A DNA stretch of 64,000 nt from Mycobacteriales bacterium (lineage in GTDB: Bacteria; Actinomycetota; Actinomycetes; Mycobacteriales; QHCE01). The notes beneath the pieces are model-generated. The model ran no database searches. It had not been told where the DNA came from and saw nothing but the letters and a program-made list of their open reading frames with translations. Positions within the stretch are counted from its first letter, which is position 1. Every line of letters begins with the position of its first letter. Of this stretch, positions 1-8,404 are shown in pieces. The translations under genes and the position numbers were made by a program. Location: NCBI GenBank assembly GCA_041743105.1, contig JBGTNI010000047.1, forward strand, positions 19,478-83,477, given 5' to 3'.

Positions 1-182
1 CCAACCTGTACGGAGTCATCGGCGGCGGCGGTGACGGCGGCAAGTAGGTCCGGGGGGAGACTGGCGTCATACATCAGCTGCTGCGCGCGACCCACTGCCT
101 GCAATGCTCGGTGGGTAAGCAAACCCGGATCGCCCGGACCTGCACTGGCAAAAGTGACGGCTCCGGTGGCGGCTGAACTCAT
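1..182 (-). CDS. tetrapyrrole (uroporphyrinogen-III C-) methylase family protein, N-terminal fragment; the gene runs off the left edge
   Basis: Not in the ORF track because it is truncated. Reverse translation from the ATG at 182..180 gives MSSAATGAVTFASAGPGDPGLLTHRALQAVGRAQQLMYDA, the GxGPGDPxLLT start typical of CobA/CysG-type methylases. It shares an ATGA overlap with the hemC stop. The hemA-hemC-hemD/cobA order is common in actinobacteria. Confidence 0.7.
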   Translation of the reverse strand, partial: MSSAATGAVTFASAGPGDPGLLTHRALQAVGRAQQLMYDASLPPDLLAAVTAAADDSVQV

Positions 183-1237
183 CGTGTTTCCCCTACTGAA
201 TAGATCTTTGTATCGGAAATTTCTTCGGTCAAGTTACCTATCAATGTCGCGGCGCCGGCGACGAGCAGGTCAGTGGCTAGCGCTCCCCCGACCGCTGCGG
301 CATTGCTGGCTAGTTGGTGGTACGGCACATACGCCGATCGGCGTAGCGCACGAGCACCGTCAATCGATAGAACAGCTGCGTGAAGTTCACATTGCGCGTC
401 GGCGTCAAGTAAACCGCTCTGGACCGAGCCGGCCTGCACGGAGGCAGACAGCCGGCCATAGACACCCAGCGGTGCCATACATCCGACCTCTAGTCGGGCA
501 AGGACGGTTCGCTCGGCAAGCACTACGGCCCGAGTCAATGGATCGTCCATAGTAGACAATAATTCGACTAGAGCGGTATCTGCCACCCGGCATTCCACGG
601 CGAGTGCACCTTGAGCCGGGGCGGGCATCATCATCTCGATTGGAAGAAGCTGACTGATCGCGTCGAGCTGGCCGAGTCGAGCCAGCGCCGCCCCAGCAAG
701 CACGACGCCGTCGAGTTCACCGCGGCGAACCTTCTCCAACCGGGTGTCCACGTTGCCACGCAATGGCTGACAGCTCAGGTCCGGCCGGATCGCTCGCAGT
801 TGCGCCATGCGACGTGGAGCGCAGGTGCCGATTCTGGCACCGGTAGGCAGCTCGTGAAGGCTTGCCCCGTCGATGCTGACCAGCACGTCGTGGGCAATCT
901 CCCGCTCGGGCACCGCGGCGATGGTCAGCTTCGATAGCGGTGAGTCCGGCGGCAGATTCCGGTCGGTAGGTAAATCCTTGTATGAGTGCACCGCGAAGTC
1001 GATTTCATCGGCCAACAGGGCGTCTCGCAGCGCGGTGGTGAACACACCCACACTGCCCAGCTGCTCGATGGGAGCATGCGAGCGGTCGCCGGCAGTGGTT
1101 ATTTTCACCAGCTCTACACGACTACTCGATGTGCATTCCAGCCGATCTGCTACCAACTGGGCTTGGCGTAGCGCCAGGACACTTGCGCGCGTACCCAGGC
1201 GGAGCGTGTGTCGTGGCGAGATCACGGCGTGATTCAT
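179..1237 (-). CDS. hemC: porphobilinogen deaminase (hydroxymethylbilane synthase)
   Basis: 352-aa ORF. N-terminus LRLGTRASVLALRQAQLVADRL...VELVKITTAGDR is the HemC signature. 4-nt overlap with the hemA stop. Confidence 0.95.
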   Translation of the reverse strand: MNHAVISPRHTLRLGTRASVLALRQAQLVADRLECTSSSRVELVKITTAGDRSHAPIEQLGSVGVFTTALRDALLADEIDFAVHSYKDLPTDRNLPPDSPLSKLTIAAVPEREIAHDVLVSIDGASLHELPTGARIGTCAPRRMAQLRAIRPDLSCQPLRGNVDTRLEKVRRGELDGVVLAGAALARLGQLDAISQLLPIEMMMPAPAQGALAVECRVADTALVELLSTMDDPLTRAVVLAERTVLARLEVGCMAPLGVYGRLSASVQAGSVQSGLLDADAQCELHAAVLSIDGARALRRSAYVPYHQLASNAAAVGGALATDLLVAGAATLIGNLTEEISDTKIYSVGETR

Positions 1238-2589
1238 CGAGTCTCCTCCACGCTGCCGTGTTCGCGGGGAAGAGGCCGCGACTGCGCGGCAATAGCATGC
1301 TGCGTCCAGGCAGCCGCCTTGACTGGAGCGGATACAGCGTCTAAGTCGAATAGCTTTCGAAGCGCGGTGGCGTAGTAGGAGCCACCCTGGGCCGCCGCTA
1401 GCTCTTTCGCTCGCACCGTTGGGTCATGCAGCAAGCTGTTGACCAGCCGGCGCATAGCACGCGCCACGTCGGCACGTTCGGTCTCGGTGAGCTGCTGTTG
1501 ACGGGCGACCAGCCCCGCTATCTCGCGACGTACCAACTCGTCGGCGCGCTCACGTAGCGCCACGATGGTCGGCGTGACCTCGGCGGCGCGGCGAGCTGCG
1601 GTAAATGCGGCTAGCTCTTCGCTGAGGATCCGACGCGTAGCGGCTACCTGCTCGGTCGCCGCGCCAGGCAGCTCGGGCGCCTGCGCCAGTGTCACAAGAT
1701 CGATAACTACGATCCCAGGTGCCGATCTCAACTCCGGGGCGACGTCGGCGGGCAGGGCAAGGTCGATCAGCAGCAGCGGACGGGCATGGGCCAGACGCGC
1801 GGCAGCGGCATGCGCGTCGAGCACCGGCTGCGGCGAGCCGGTGGCGCATATGACGACATCCGCGCGGCACAGCGCCGTGCTGAGTTGGTCCATGGTTCCT
1901 GGCTGTGCGCCGACAGCGGTGGCAAGCTCGTTCGCGCGGCGCAGGCTACGACTGAGGACCCGAAGCTCCCTTACGCCGTGACGCCGCAGCGCCTGCGCCG
2001 CTAAAGTTCCCATCTGGCCGGCACCCACTACGAGTCCGCTCTTGCCTTGTAACGAACCGATCTCCTTCACCCCCAGCCGCAGTGCACAATCGGCCACGCA
2101 CGGCCGATTACCGGCTGTTGCCGCCTCGGTGTGAACGCGTTTACCAAGGTGCAATGCCCGCTGCATCACCTCATGCAGTGTGCTGCCGACTGTGCCCAAT
2201 CGAGTGGCTTCGGCATACGCGGTGCGGACCTGACCAAGCACCTGCCGTTCACCTTGCGCCAGCGAGTCCAGCCCGGTTACGACCGTGAAGATCTGCCGAA
2301 TGGCTTCGTCGGCGTAGTGCGCATACAACGCTGGCGCGAGCTGAGTCAGGGATACACCCGAGCAGCGCGCCAGCACCGTTGCCACATCATTGAGGGCTCC
2401 GTGAAAGCTGCGTACCGCCGCATAGACTTCTACCCGATTACAGGTCGAAACCACGATCGCTTCTACCACATCGGAGCTACGCAGCAGTTGGGATAGGACT
2501 TCGCGCGTCTGAGCGGTCCCCGTGGCAAGTGCCGCGAGCATCTGGGTCGGTGCAGTGCGGTATCCCACGCCGACGACAAGTAGCTTCAC
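1234..2589 (-). CDS. hemA: glutamyl-tRNA reductase
   Basis: 451-aa ORF. MKLLVVGVGYRTAP...STCNRVEVYA matches the catalytic Cys region, and a GAGQMG NADPH-binding loop is present. 4-nt overlap with the rex stop. Confidence 0.95.
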   Translation of the reverse strand: MKLLVVGVGYRTAPTQMLAALATGTAQTREVLSQLLRSSDVVEAIVVSTCNRVEVYAAVRSFHGALNDVATVLARCSGVSLTQLAPALYAHYADEAIRQIFTVVTGLDSLAQGERQVLGQVRTAYAEATRLGTVGSTLHEVMQRALHLGKRVHTEAATAGNRPCVADCALRLGVKEIGSLQGKSGLVVGAGQMGTLAAQALRRHGVRELRVLSRSLRRANELATAVGAQPGTMDQLSTALCRADVVICATGSPQPVLDAHAAAARLAHARPLLLIDLALPADVAPELRSAPGIVVIDLVTLAQAPELPGAATEQVAATRRILSEELAAFTAARRAAEVTPTIVALRERADELVRREIAGLVARQQQLTETERADVARAMRRLVNSLLHDPTVRAKELAAAQGGSYYATALRKLFDLDAVSAPVKAAAWTQHAIAAQSRPLPREHGSVEETR

Positions 2590-3386
2590 CTTGCCACCGC
2601 CATACGAGGAGCCTGCGGCAATCGAGTCGGTAAAGCAGTAATTTCCGAGGGCTCGGATTCTGAAACTTCGACCGTTTGCGACTCGGCCTGGGGCGAACTC
2701 TGCGGGGGTAATGGAAGCGAATCGCCGTTGCGGCGACGGTGTTCATGGAAGGACAGGATCTGTAGCTCCATGGCCACATCCACTTTCCGGACTTCCACCC
2801 GCTCAGGGACACTGAGCAGACACGGCGCGAAGTTGAGAATGCTAGTCACTCCCGCGGCAACGAGCTGATCGCAAACCTGCTGCGAGGCGTGAGCTGGAGT
2901 CGCGATAATGCCGATCTCGGCCTTATGCACGGCTACGAGGGCGGCCAGCTGGTCCATTGCGTGCACCGTCAAGCCGGCGACATGCGTGCCGATCAAGCGC
3001 GGATCCGCGTCGGTAAGTGCCGCGATCCGAAATCCACGCGAACTGAAGCCGGCATAGCCGGCCAGTGCGCGCCCCAGGTGACCCGCGCCCACCATCACTA
3101 CCGACCAGTCTCGACCTAAACCAAGTACGTAGGAGATCTCGTCGAGCAACTGCGCGACGTCGTAGCCCACACCCCGCGTGCCGTAGGAACCAAGATAGGA
3201 CAGGTCTTTTCGAAGCTGAGCCGGATTGACTCCGGCAGCGCTCGCGAGCTCCTTGGAGGACACCGAACTCTGGCTGTCCTCACTTAGGTCGTGCAGTGTG
3301 CGCAGGTACAGGGGCAGTCGACTGACCGTTGCCGCCGGAATTTCCCGCTGTGTCAAGGCGTCGTCAGCAGGTAGTTGGTCGGTCAT
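2586..3386 (-). CDS. rex: redox-sensing transcriptional repressor Rex
   Basis: The ORF track gives 2586..3452. The conserved Rex core is present (IPAATVSRLPLYLRTL...VSSKELA...QLRKDLSYLGSYGTRGVGYDV...VGAGHLGRAL). I prefer the ATG at 3386 (MTDQL...) because a Rex operator lies at 3437..3454, inside the longer ORF. The C-terminus has a disordered tail. Confidence 0.9.
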   Translation of the reverse strand: MTDQLPADDALTQREIPAATVSRLPLYLRTLHDLSEDSQSSVSSKELASAAGVNPAQLRKDLSYLGSYGTRGVGYDVAQLLDEISYVLGLGRDWSVVMVGAGHLGRALAGYAGFSSRGFRIAALTDADPRLIGTHVAGLTVHAMDQLAALVAVHKAEIGIIATPAHASQQVCDQLVAAGVTSILNFAPCLLSVPERVEVRKVDVAMELQILSFHEHRRRNGDSLPLPPQSSPQAESQTVEVSESEPSEITALPTRLPQAPRMAVAR

Positions 3387-3436
3387 GCGGCTCTCATAAG
3401 TTGGGCGTGAATGGTCGAGGCCACCACGGTATCTGC

Positions 3437-3454
3437 TTGTGAACGAATGCACAA
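3437..3454. promoter_or_regulatory. Rex operator (ROP-like) upstream of rex-hemA-hemC
   Basis: TTGTGAACGAATGCACAA compared with the TTGTGAA-N4-TTCACAA type Rex operator, with one mismatch in the right half-site. It lies 51-68 nt upstream of the preferred rex start. Confidence 0.65.
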
Positions 3455-3463
3455 AGTTGACAA

Positions 3464-3532
3464 TTAGAGGTGGCGCGGGTAGGGGGTTCGTAGCGCTGCG
3501 GTAGAACAGCTACCTATCCGCGCCACCTCTAA
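3464..3532. terminator. long inverted repeat after the HAD gene (possible terminator or insulator)
   Basis: TTAGAGGTGGCGCGG (3464..3478) is perfectly complementary to CCGCGCCACCTCTAA (3518..3532), with a 39-nt loop. It sits between the HAD stop (3554) and the rex promoter region. No U-tract is present. Confidence 0.4.
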
Positions 3533-3553
3533 GATCAGCGACCCCTATATGCG

Positions 3554-4324
3554 CTACGCCACGAGACGATCAACCATCTCGACAGCCTCGACCAGCGTGT
3601 GCACCACCGGCACACCGGTAGCTTCCAGTTGAGCTGCCTCGTTCATCCCGCCTGCGAAGAGCACACATCCCATGCCCAGGACGCGGGCGGCCGCGGCGTC
3701 GTCAAGGGTGTCCCCGACAAGCACGATGTCGCGCGTCGGGGCAGCCTGCTCGGACTGCCGTGCTCCCCATAGCCCCAGTTGCGCCAGGTGCCGGCGTAAC
3801 GGCTCGGTCTTGCCCTCCAGGTCATCGAGGTTGTTATCACGGCGCCCGTCCACCCGAACGAAGTAGTCGGTGAGCCCGAACTCCGCCACCCGCGCCACGA
3901 GCTCGTCGTGAGTCCACAGCGAGAGCAGCGATTGGGTTCGGCCAAGGGCGCGCCAACGAGCTAACGCCTCCAGCGCACCTTGACTCAACCGACACGCCAC
4001 CATCCGGCGCAGATAGGCCTCGTGGAACAGCTCATCTAGCCGCAGAAACTCCTCATGGCTGACGTCACGCCCGAAGACATTGGTGTAGAACCGCCGCAGC
4101 GGCCGAGCGAATGCGGCTCGATACTGCGCTGCGGTGAGTGGGCCGGCACCAAGTCGACTCAGGCTTGTCGGCACGCTTTGGTCTGGGCGCGCTCCTGCAC
4201 CTTGGCGGGGATCAACGTGCAGCTTTGCAAGCGCTTCATTGGTAGCTTCCAGCACCACGTCTGTATCGCACAGCAATGTGCCGTTCCAGTCCCATATCAA
4301 GTGCGGCGCCATACTGTTCACCAC
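3554..4324 (-). CDS. HAD-superfamily hydrolase (phosphatase-like)
   Basis: 256-aa ORF. Motif I-like LIWDWNGTLL has Asn in place of the second Asp. Motif IV-like VLVGDTLDDAAAA is present. The start is either GTG at 4324 or ATG at 4312. Confidence 0.75.
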   Translation of the reverse strand: MVNSMAPHLIWDWNGTLLCDTDVVLEATNEALAKLHVDPRQGAGARPDQSVPTSLSRLGAGPLTAAQYRAAFARPLRRFYTNVFGRDVSHEEFLRLDELFHEAYLRRMVACRLSQGALEALARWRALGRTQSLLSLWTHDELVARVAEFGLTDYFVRVDGRRDNNLDDLEGKTEPLRRHLAQLGLWGARQSEQAAPTRDIVLVGDTLDDAAAARVLGMGCVLFAGGMNEAAQLEATGVPVVHTLVEAVEMVDRLVA

Positions 4325-4332
4325 AGTACTAC

Positions 4333-4432
4333 CGAGCAGTTCGTTACTAAGTCGGCTCGAAAGTAGCTCATGTGCAGGTGGAGAAGACTGTACTTGTCTA
4401 GAGGGGACCAGCCGCGAGGTCGGCTAGTAACC
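4333..4432 (-). repeat. copy a of a 3-copy imperfect-palindromic intergenic element (gene-proximal orientation on the minus strand)
   Basis: The reverse complement reads ...CTAGACAAGTACAGTCTTCTCCACCTGCACATGAGCTACTTTCGAGCCGACTTAGTAACGAACTGCTCGG. It aligns block by block with copies at 20741..20868 and 28456..28547. It ends about 10-20 nt before the HAD start, and its distal half overlaps the last codons of the glutaredoxin-like gene. Confidence 0.7.
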
Positions 4433-4676
4433 GGTCCTCGTCGACACGCCAGAAGCCGTGCTCTCTGCCGTAGAGCAGTACCACAGGCACGCGATCTCCG
4501 TACTCATAGCGCAGGTCACCGTCACTGTCGGCGTCGACGTCGCGCTCGGCCCATGCGACTTCCGCGACGCGACTTACCCGCGCGATAGCATCCCGGGCCG
4601 CATCGCAGAGGTGACAGTCGCGACGACTCAGCAGGATGATAGGCGGCTGCACCGTCGGCGGGTTTAGGTCACCCAT
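4398..4676 (-). CDS. glutaredoxin-like (DUF836/thioredoxin-fold) protein
   Basis: 92-aa ORF with a CHLC redox motif (LLSRRDCHLCDAARDAI) and a small thioredoxin-fold pattern. A homologous small gene sits near hemA in mycobacteria. Confidence 0.7.
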   Translation of the reverse strand: MGDLNPPTVQPPIILLSRRDCHLCDAARDAIARVSRVAEVAWAERDVDADSDGDLRYEYGDRVPVVLLYGREHGFWRVDEDRLLADLAAGPL

Positions 4677-4854
4677 AGCAGCGGTCCCTAACTCTCATGC
4701 GAAATTTCATTCTGACAATAATGCGCAGTCCGCGCAGCTCAGCGCGGTATTTGGTGCCCGATACTTGAACGAGCCAAAAGTAAACTCCGTATACGCCTGG
4801 TGTTGTGACACCGAACACGTATGATCGCAGAGGTTACTTCCCGGTCGGTTCGGC

Positions 4855-5907
4855 GTGGCTTCAGCGTGGCACAGCTGCGCGCGAGGAGAAGCCGATACCG
4901 CCTGCAAGGCCCTGTACCGCAGTGAGCGCCACCATCGTGGAGGCATTAGCGTGCCCGATTACCGCATGACGCCTTCAGGCACATGCGCGCTGTTCGTGGC
5001 TCCAGCCTGCCTAGAAGCAGCTCAGCAGGATCGGGGCTTCTTGGCCGCTCGCGCCGTGACCGATGGCTTGGCAGCACTACGCGCCGCTATCTGGCTGGCA
5101 ATCCAATCTGCTCCGGTTACGTCGCTACGACTTCCCGGCCAAGACAGTCGGCTCGGAAGTCGCCGTACCGTCGCCGCGCCGCTGCCGTTCCAGCCTTCCC
5201 GTGGGGGCGCCAACGATTCTGCGGGCACAGATCCTACTGGCCTCGAGCCCGATGACTTTGGGTCCCAAGACGACGACCACGGCCGTGACCACACTGGGCG
5301 CCACCGGCGATACGACAGCGAGGAAGCGTCGGATACCGACAGCTCCCCAGGTGAGATCTGGGACATCGTGCGCCGTGCCCAGCAGGGTGACTCCGAAGCC
5401 TTTGGTGAGATCTACGACCGCTACCTGGACACGGTGTACCGATACATCTTCTTCCGGGTAAGCGCGGCAGCCCTTGCCGAGGATCTCACTAGCGAAACCT
5501 TCCTTCGGGCACTGCGCCGTATCGGCAGCGTGACATGGCAGGGGCGGGACCTAGGCGCATGGTTGGTCACCATCGCTCGCAACCTCATCGCCGACCATTA
5601 CAAGTGCGGCCGTAGCAGGCTAGAGGTCAGCACGCCAGAACTCGTTGCCGAAGATCATGTCGATCACGGGACACACGGCCAACCTGAAGCCCAGACGATC
5701 GAGCACCTCACCAACCAGACACTACTGAAAGCCGTGACCGAACTCCCCACCGAACAGCAGGAATGCATTGTGCTGCGCTTCCTCGATGGCATGTCTGTGG
5801 GTGAAACGGCGCAGGCGATGGGCAAGAACGACGGAGCGATCAAGGCGCTGCAGTACCGCGCGGTGCGCGCCCTCGCCCGCCTCCTCCCAGCCGGGTTCAT
5901 GCCGTGA
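4855..5907 (+). CDS. ECF-type sigma-70 family RNA polymerase sigma factor with a long low-complexity N-terminal extension
   Basis: Region 2 (AQQGDSEAFGEIYDRYLDTVYRYIFFRV...DLTSETFLRAL...AWLVTIARNLIADHYK) and region 4 (LPTEQQECIVLRFLDGMSVGETAQAMGKNDGAIKALQYRAVRALARLL) are present. The conserved core starts near 5350, and the true start codon upstream of it is uncertain. Confidence 0.85.
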   Translation: MASAWHSCARGEADTACKALYRSERHHRGGISVPDYRMTPSGTCALFVAPACLEAAQQDRGFLAARAVTDGLAALRAAIWLAIQSAPVTSLRLPGQDSRLGSRRTVAAPLPFQPSRGGANDSAGTDPTGLEPDDFGSQDDDHGRDHTGRHRRYDSEEASDTDSSPGEIWDIVRRAQQGDSEAFGEIYDRYLDTVYRYIFFRVSAAALAEDLTSETFLRALRRIGSVTWQGRDLGAWLVTIARNLIADHYKCGRSRLEVSTPELVAEDHVDHGTHGQPEAQTIEHLTNQTLLKAVTELPTEQQECIVLRFLDGMSVGETAQAMGKNDGAIKALQYRAVRALARLLPAGFMP

Positions 5908-6159
5908 GGACCACAACCGGCATCTACGACATCGGCCGAGCGCGATCGGACCGGACTAGGGCGTTAGGCAATAGGTCAAACACCCGATGTGAAATTCCAC
6001 CGAACGGACCCGTAACTACTTGGCCCTCCGAACCGTTGAACCTGATGGCAGGCGGCATCGCGTTTCTAGATGGCGTCGTTAAATCGAAGCAAGCACTGCA
6101 ATACATAATCGCCATGCTCACGCTCCGTGGAGTAGCGCTGACGTCGAATCGGGAAGGAG

Positions 6160-7275
6160 GTGGGCACCACAATGTCTGGAGTTTTCTCCCGGCGGGACGC
6201 TGAGCGGTTTAACGACCTGCTCGAAGCAGACCGCTCGAGCACCCATAATGATCTGGCTCCGCTGCTGACACTGACCCAGCGGCTGAATATCATGGGCAGC
6301 ACGGTGCACCCCGACGCCGAATTCGCCGCACGCTGCCGAACCCGCCTCATGGCGGTCGCTGCCGTGCAGAGCATTGGCAGCGACGCCGTAGCGCCTTCCC
6401 GAGGGTGGCGCCGCGGCTATCAAGGCCTTCGCCGTTATCCCGATACTCCACGTCGTGTGCCCCGTAGGCTGGCGCTGCTATCTGGCACCCTCGCGGCGCT
6501 GCTCGGCCTGTCCAGCATGGGTATGGCAAGCGGTAGCGCCCTGCCCGGACACTTGCTGTACGACTTCAAGCGCAGCAAAGAGACCGCACAGCTGGCGTTC
6601 GCCCGTTCAGATATCAACCGGGGACAGTTGCACCTGCAGTTCGCACGCACACGCCTGAATGAAGCGCAAGCAATCCAGAATGCCGCAGGCATCGACGCCG
6701 CGCTCGACGACGCCGATGCCGATACTCGCAGCGCCATGCGCGACCTCGGCGAGGCAGCGATAAGCCGAGGATCGACCACGCCGCTCGACGCTATCGACCA
6801 GTTCGAAAGCGCACAGCGCCAAGATCTCCAAGCTTGGATGGACGAGTTGTCCACCGACAAACGAACCCGTCCCGCGGAATCGCTCGCGGTATTAGACCAG
6901 GTCCAAGAGCGTTCACAAGGACTTCGCAACTCCCTGGCATGCAGCGGCGGTGTAGCCAGTTCCGGCATATCTGACGAGTTTGGACCGCTGCCAGGTGACT
7001 GCGCCGCCGCTCCGAACGCCGGCGACAAGAAGTGGGATTTCGCTATCCCTAGCAAGGAAGCCAACACTCCGGCGCGACCGCCCATACCAGGCACGCCGAA
7101 CAGCGGCGCTCCGGCACCTAATACGCCTGGTTCGCCATCGGCCTCATCGACGCCAAACCAGGGGCCGCCGCTCCTGCAGAACCCATCCTCTCCGCCTCTC
7201 GGTGGGCAGCAGGCAGGTACTCCTAAACAGGACCCTCTTGGGGACTTCCTAGGCGGGTTTTTCGAGCCACGCTAA
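6160..7275 (+). CDS. DUF5667-like single-pass membrane protein, putative anti-sigma partner
   Basis: 371 aa, immediately downstream of the ECF sigma gene. It has one hydrophobic segment (LALLSGTLAALLGLSSMGMASG), then PGHLLYDFKRSKE... helical repeats typical of DUF5667, and a Pro-rich C-terminus. Confidence 0.6.
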   Translation: MGTTMSGVFSRRDAERFNDLLEADRSSTHNDLAPLLTLTQRLNIMGSTVHPDAEFAARCRTRLMAVAAVQSIGSDAVAPSRGWRRGYQGLRRYPDTPRRVPRRLALLSGTLAALLGLSSMGMASGSALPGHLLYDFKRSKETAQLAFARSDINRGQLHLQFARTRLNEAQAIQNAAGIDAALDDADADTRSAMRDLGEAAISRGSTTPLDAIDQFESAQRQDLQAWMDELSTDKRTRPAESLAVLDQVQERSQGLRNSLACSGGVASSGISDEFGPLPGDCAAAPNAGDKKWDFAIPSKEANTPARPPIPGTPNSGAPAPNTPGSPSASSTPNQGPPLLQNPSSPPLGGQQAGTPKQDPLGDFLGGFFEPR

Positions 7276-7288
7276 GGCGCACACCCTA

Positions 7289-7349
7289 AAACAACAACGT
7301 GTGCCATCTTCTCCCCGTTCATGGAAGAAGATGGCACACGTTGTTGTTT
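7289..7349. terminator. bidirectional intrinsic terminator hairpin between convergent genes
   Basis: A 24-bp perfect stem: AAACAACAACGTGTGCCATCTTCT (7289..7312) pairs with AGAAGATGGCACACGTTGTTGTTT (7326..7349), with a 13-nt loop. A T-run follows on the plus strand and an A-run precedes it. Confidence 0.75.
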
Positions 7350-7381
7350 GGCCTTGGGCGCCGTTCTACGGCGCTGTGAAG

Positions 7382-7480
7382 CTATTTCTTATTGCGGCGC
7401 TGTACGCGCGTCTTCTTTAGCAGTTTGCGGTGCTTCTTCTTGGCCATGCGCTTGCGGCGCTTCTTGACGACCGAACCCAT
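7382..7480 (-). CDS. ribosomal protein bS22 (actinobacterial 32-33-aa Lys/Arg-rich mini-protein)
   Basis: Below the ORF-track length cutoff. Manual reverse translation gives [32 protein letters not shown] followed by a stop, near-identical to the conserved [30 protein letters not shown] family. It lies next to proC, as in mycobacteria. Confidence 0.85.
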   Translation of the reverse strand: MGSVVKKRRKRMAKKKHRKLLKKTRVQRRNKK

Positions 7481-7576
7481 TGTGACGTCCTCTCGCAACT
7501 CTTTAGAACTCACCCAGCCTAATCGGCCCGCCGGATCAAGGAGACACCGGCCAGCCTTGGCTGCGCCTGCTAACCG

Positions 7577-8404
7577 TTAAGTATCGACTTGTTCGCTACG
7601 AGTAAACTCGCGCGCCAACTCGGCCGAGCGGTCATGCGCGGCGGAGATCGCCGAGATCAGCGCCGCGCGCACGCTGTGTTTTTCCAGCTCCACAATCGCG
7701 TTGATCGTGGTGCCACCCGGCGAGGTGACCGCCTCCCGCAGCTGCACGGGGTGTTCGCCCGAGTCGCGTAACATCGTCGCCGCGCCAAGCGCGGTTTGCA
7801 CTACCAACTCGGCTGCCGTGGTCCGTGGCAACCCCAACAGGATTCCGGCATCGATCATGGCTTCGACCAGGTAGAAAAAATATGCCGGTCCCGAGCCCGA
7901 CAGCGCGGTCACCGCGTCTTGTTGCCGTTCCGGCAGTCGCAGTACCTTCCCCACCGGACGTAGTATCTGCTCCGCCGCCGCCAGGTGCTCCGGCGAGGCG
8001 TGTGCTCCTGCACTGATCGCACTGATCGCCTTATCGACGAACGCGGGCGTGTTGGGCATTGCCCGCACCACTGGCACATCAGCGCCCAGCTGCCGCTCGA
8101 TGAAGCTGGTAGGCACTCCCGCAGCGACCGAGATCACCAAATGTCCAGCGGTGACGATCGGTGCAAGCTGGGTCAGCAGCACCGCGATGTCTTGCGGTTT
8201 TACGGCGATCAGCAACGTGTCCGCCGCCGCCGTAGCAGCAATCGCGTCCATTGCCTTAACCTGATAGCGCTGCTCAATGTCTTTAGCCCGGTCACGGCGA
8301 CGCGCGACCACTACGATGCGATCGCGTTCCCACCCGGCCCGGAGCAGTCCACCCAGCAGCACCTCTCCAACCGTTCCGATGCCAAAGATCGCAACAGTGG
8401 TCAC
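7577..8404 (-). CDS. proC: pyrroline-5-carboxylate reductase
   Basis: 275 aa. It has an N-terminal Rossmann loop (IFGIGTVGEVLL) and the C-terminal P5CR dimerisation signature (AVTSPGGTTINAI). Confidence 0.95.
   Translation of the reverse strand: MTTVAIFGIGTVGEVLLGGLLRAGWERDRIVVVARRRDRAKDIEQRYQVKAMDAIAATAAADTLLIAVKPQDIAVLLTQLAPIVTAGHLVISVAAGVPTSFIERQLGADVPVVRAMPNTPAFVDKAISAISAGAHASPEHLAAAEQILRPVGKVLRLPERQQDAVTALSGSGPAYFFYLVEAMIDAGILLGLPRTTAAELVVQTALGAATMLRDSGEHPVQLREAVTSPGGTTINAIVELEKHSVRAALISAISAAHDRSAELAREFTRSEQVDT

Noticed and set aside
31-552. The plus-strand 173-aa ORF, and many similar ORFs antisense to hem, pur, glyA, fba and leuA genes (for example 21184..21639, 42988..43563, 57913..58638, 48919..49602).
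   Set aside because: They overlap strongly supported genes on the opposite strand and have the Arg/Ser/Pro/Cys-rich composition typical of off-frame ORFs in GC-rich DNA.
4333-4432. Interpreting the 3' block of the repeated element (AGTAAC-N15/16-CGT) as an ECF-sigma promoter.
   Set aside because: Only copy c has a CGT at roughly the right spacing, and copies a and b do not, so the motif and spacing are inconsistent.
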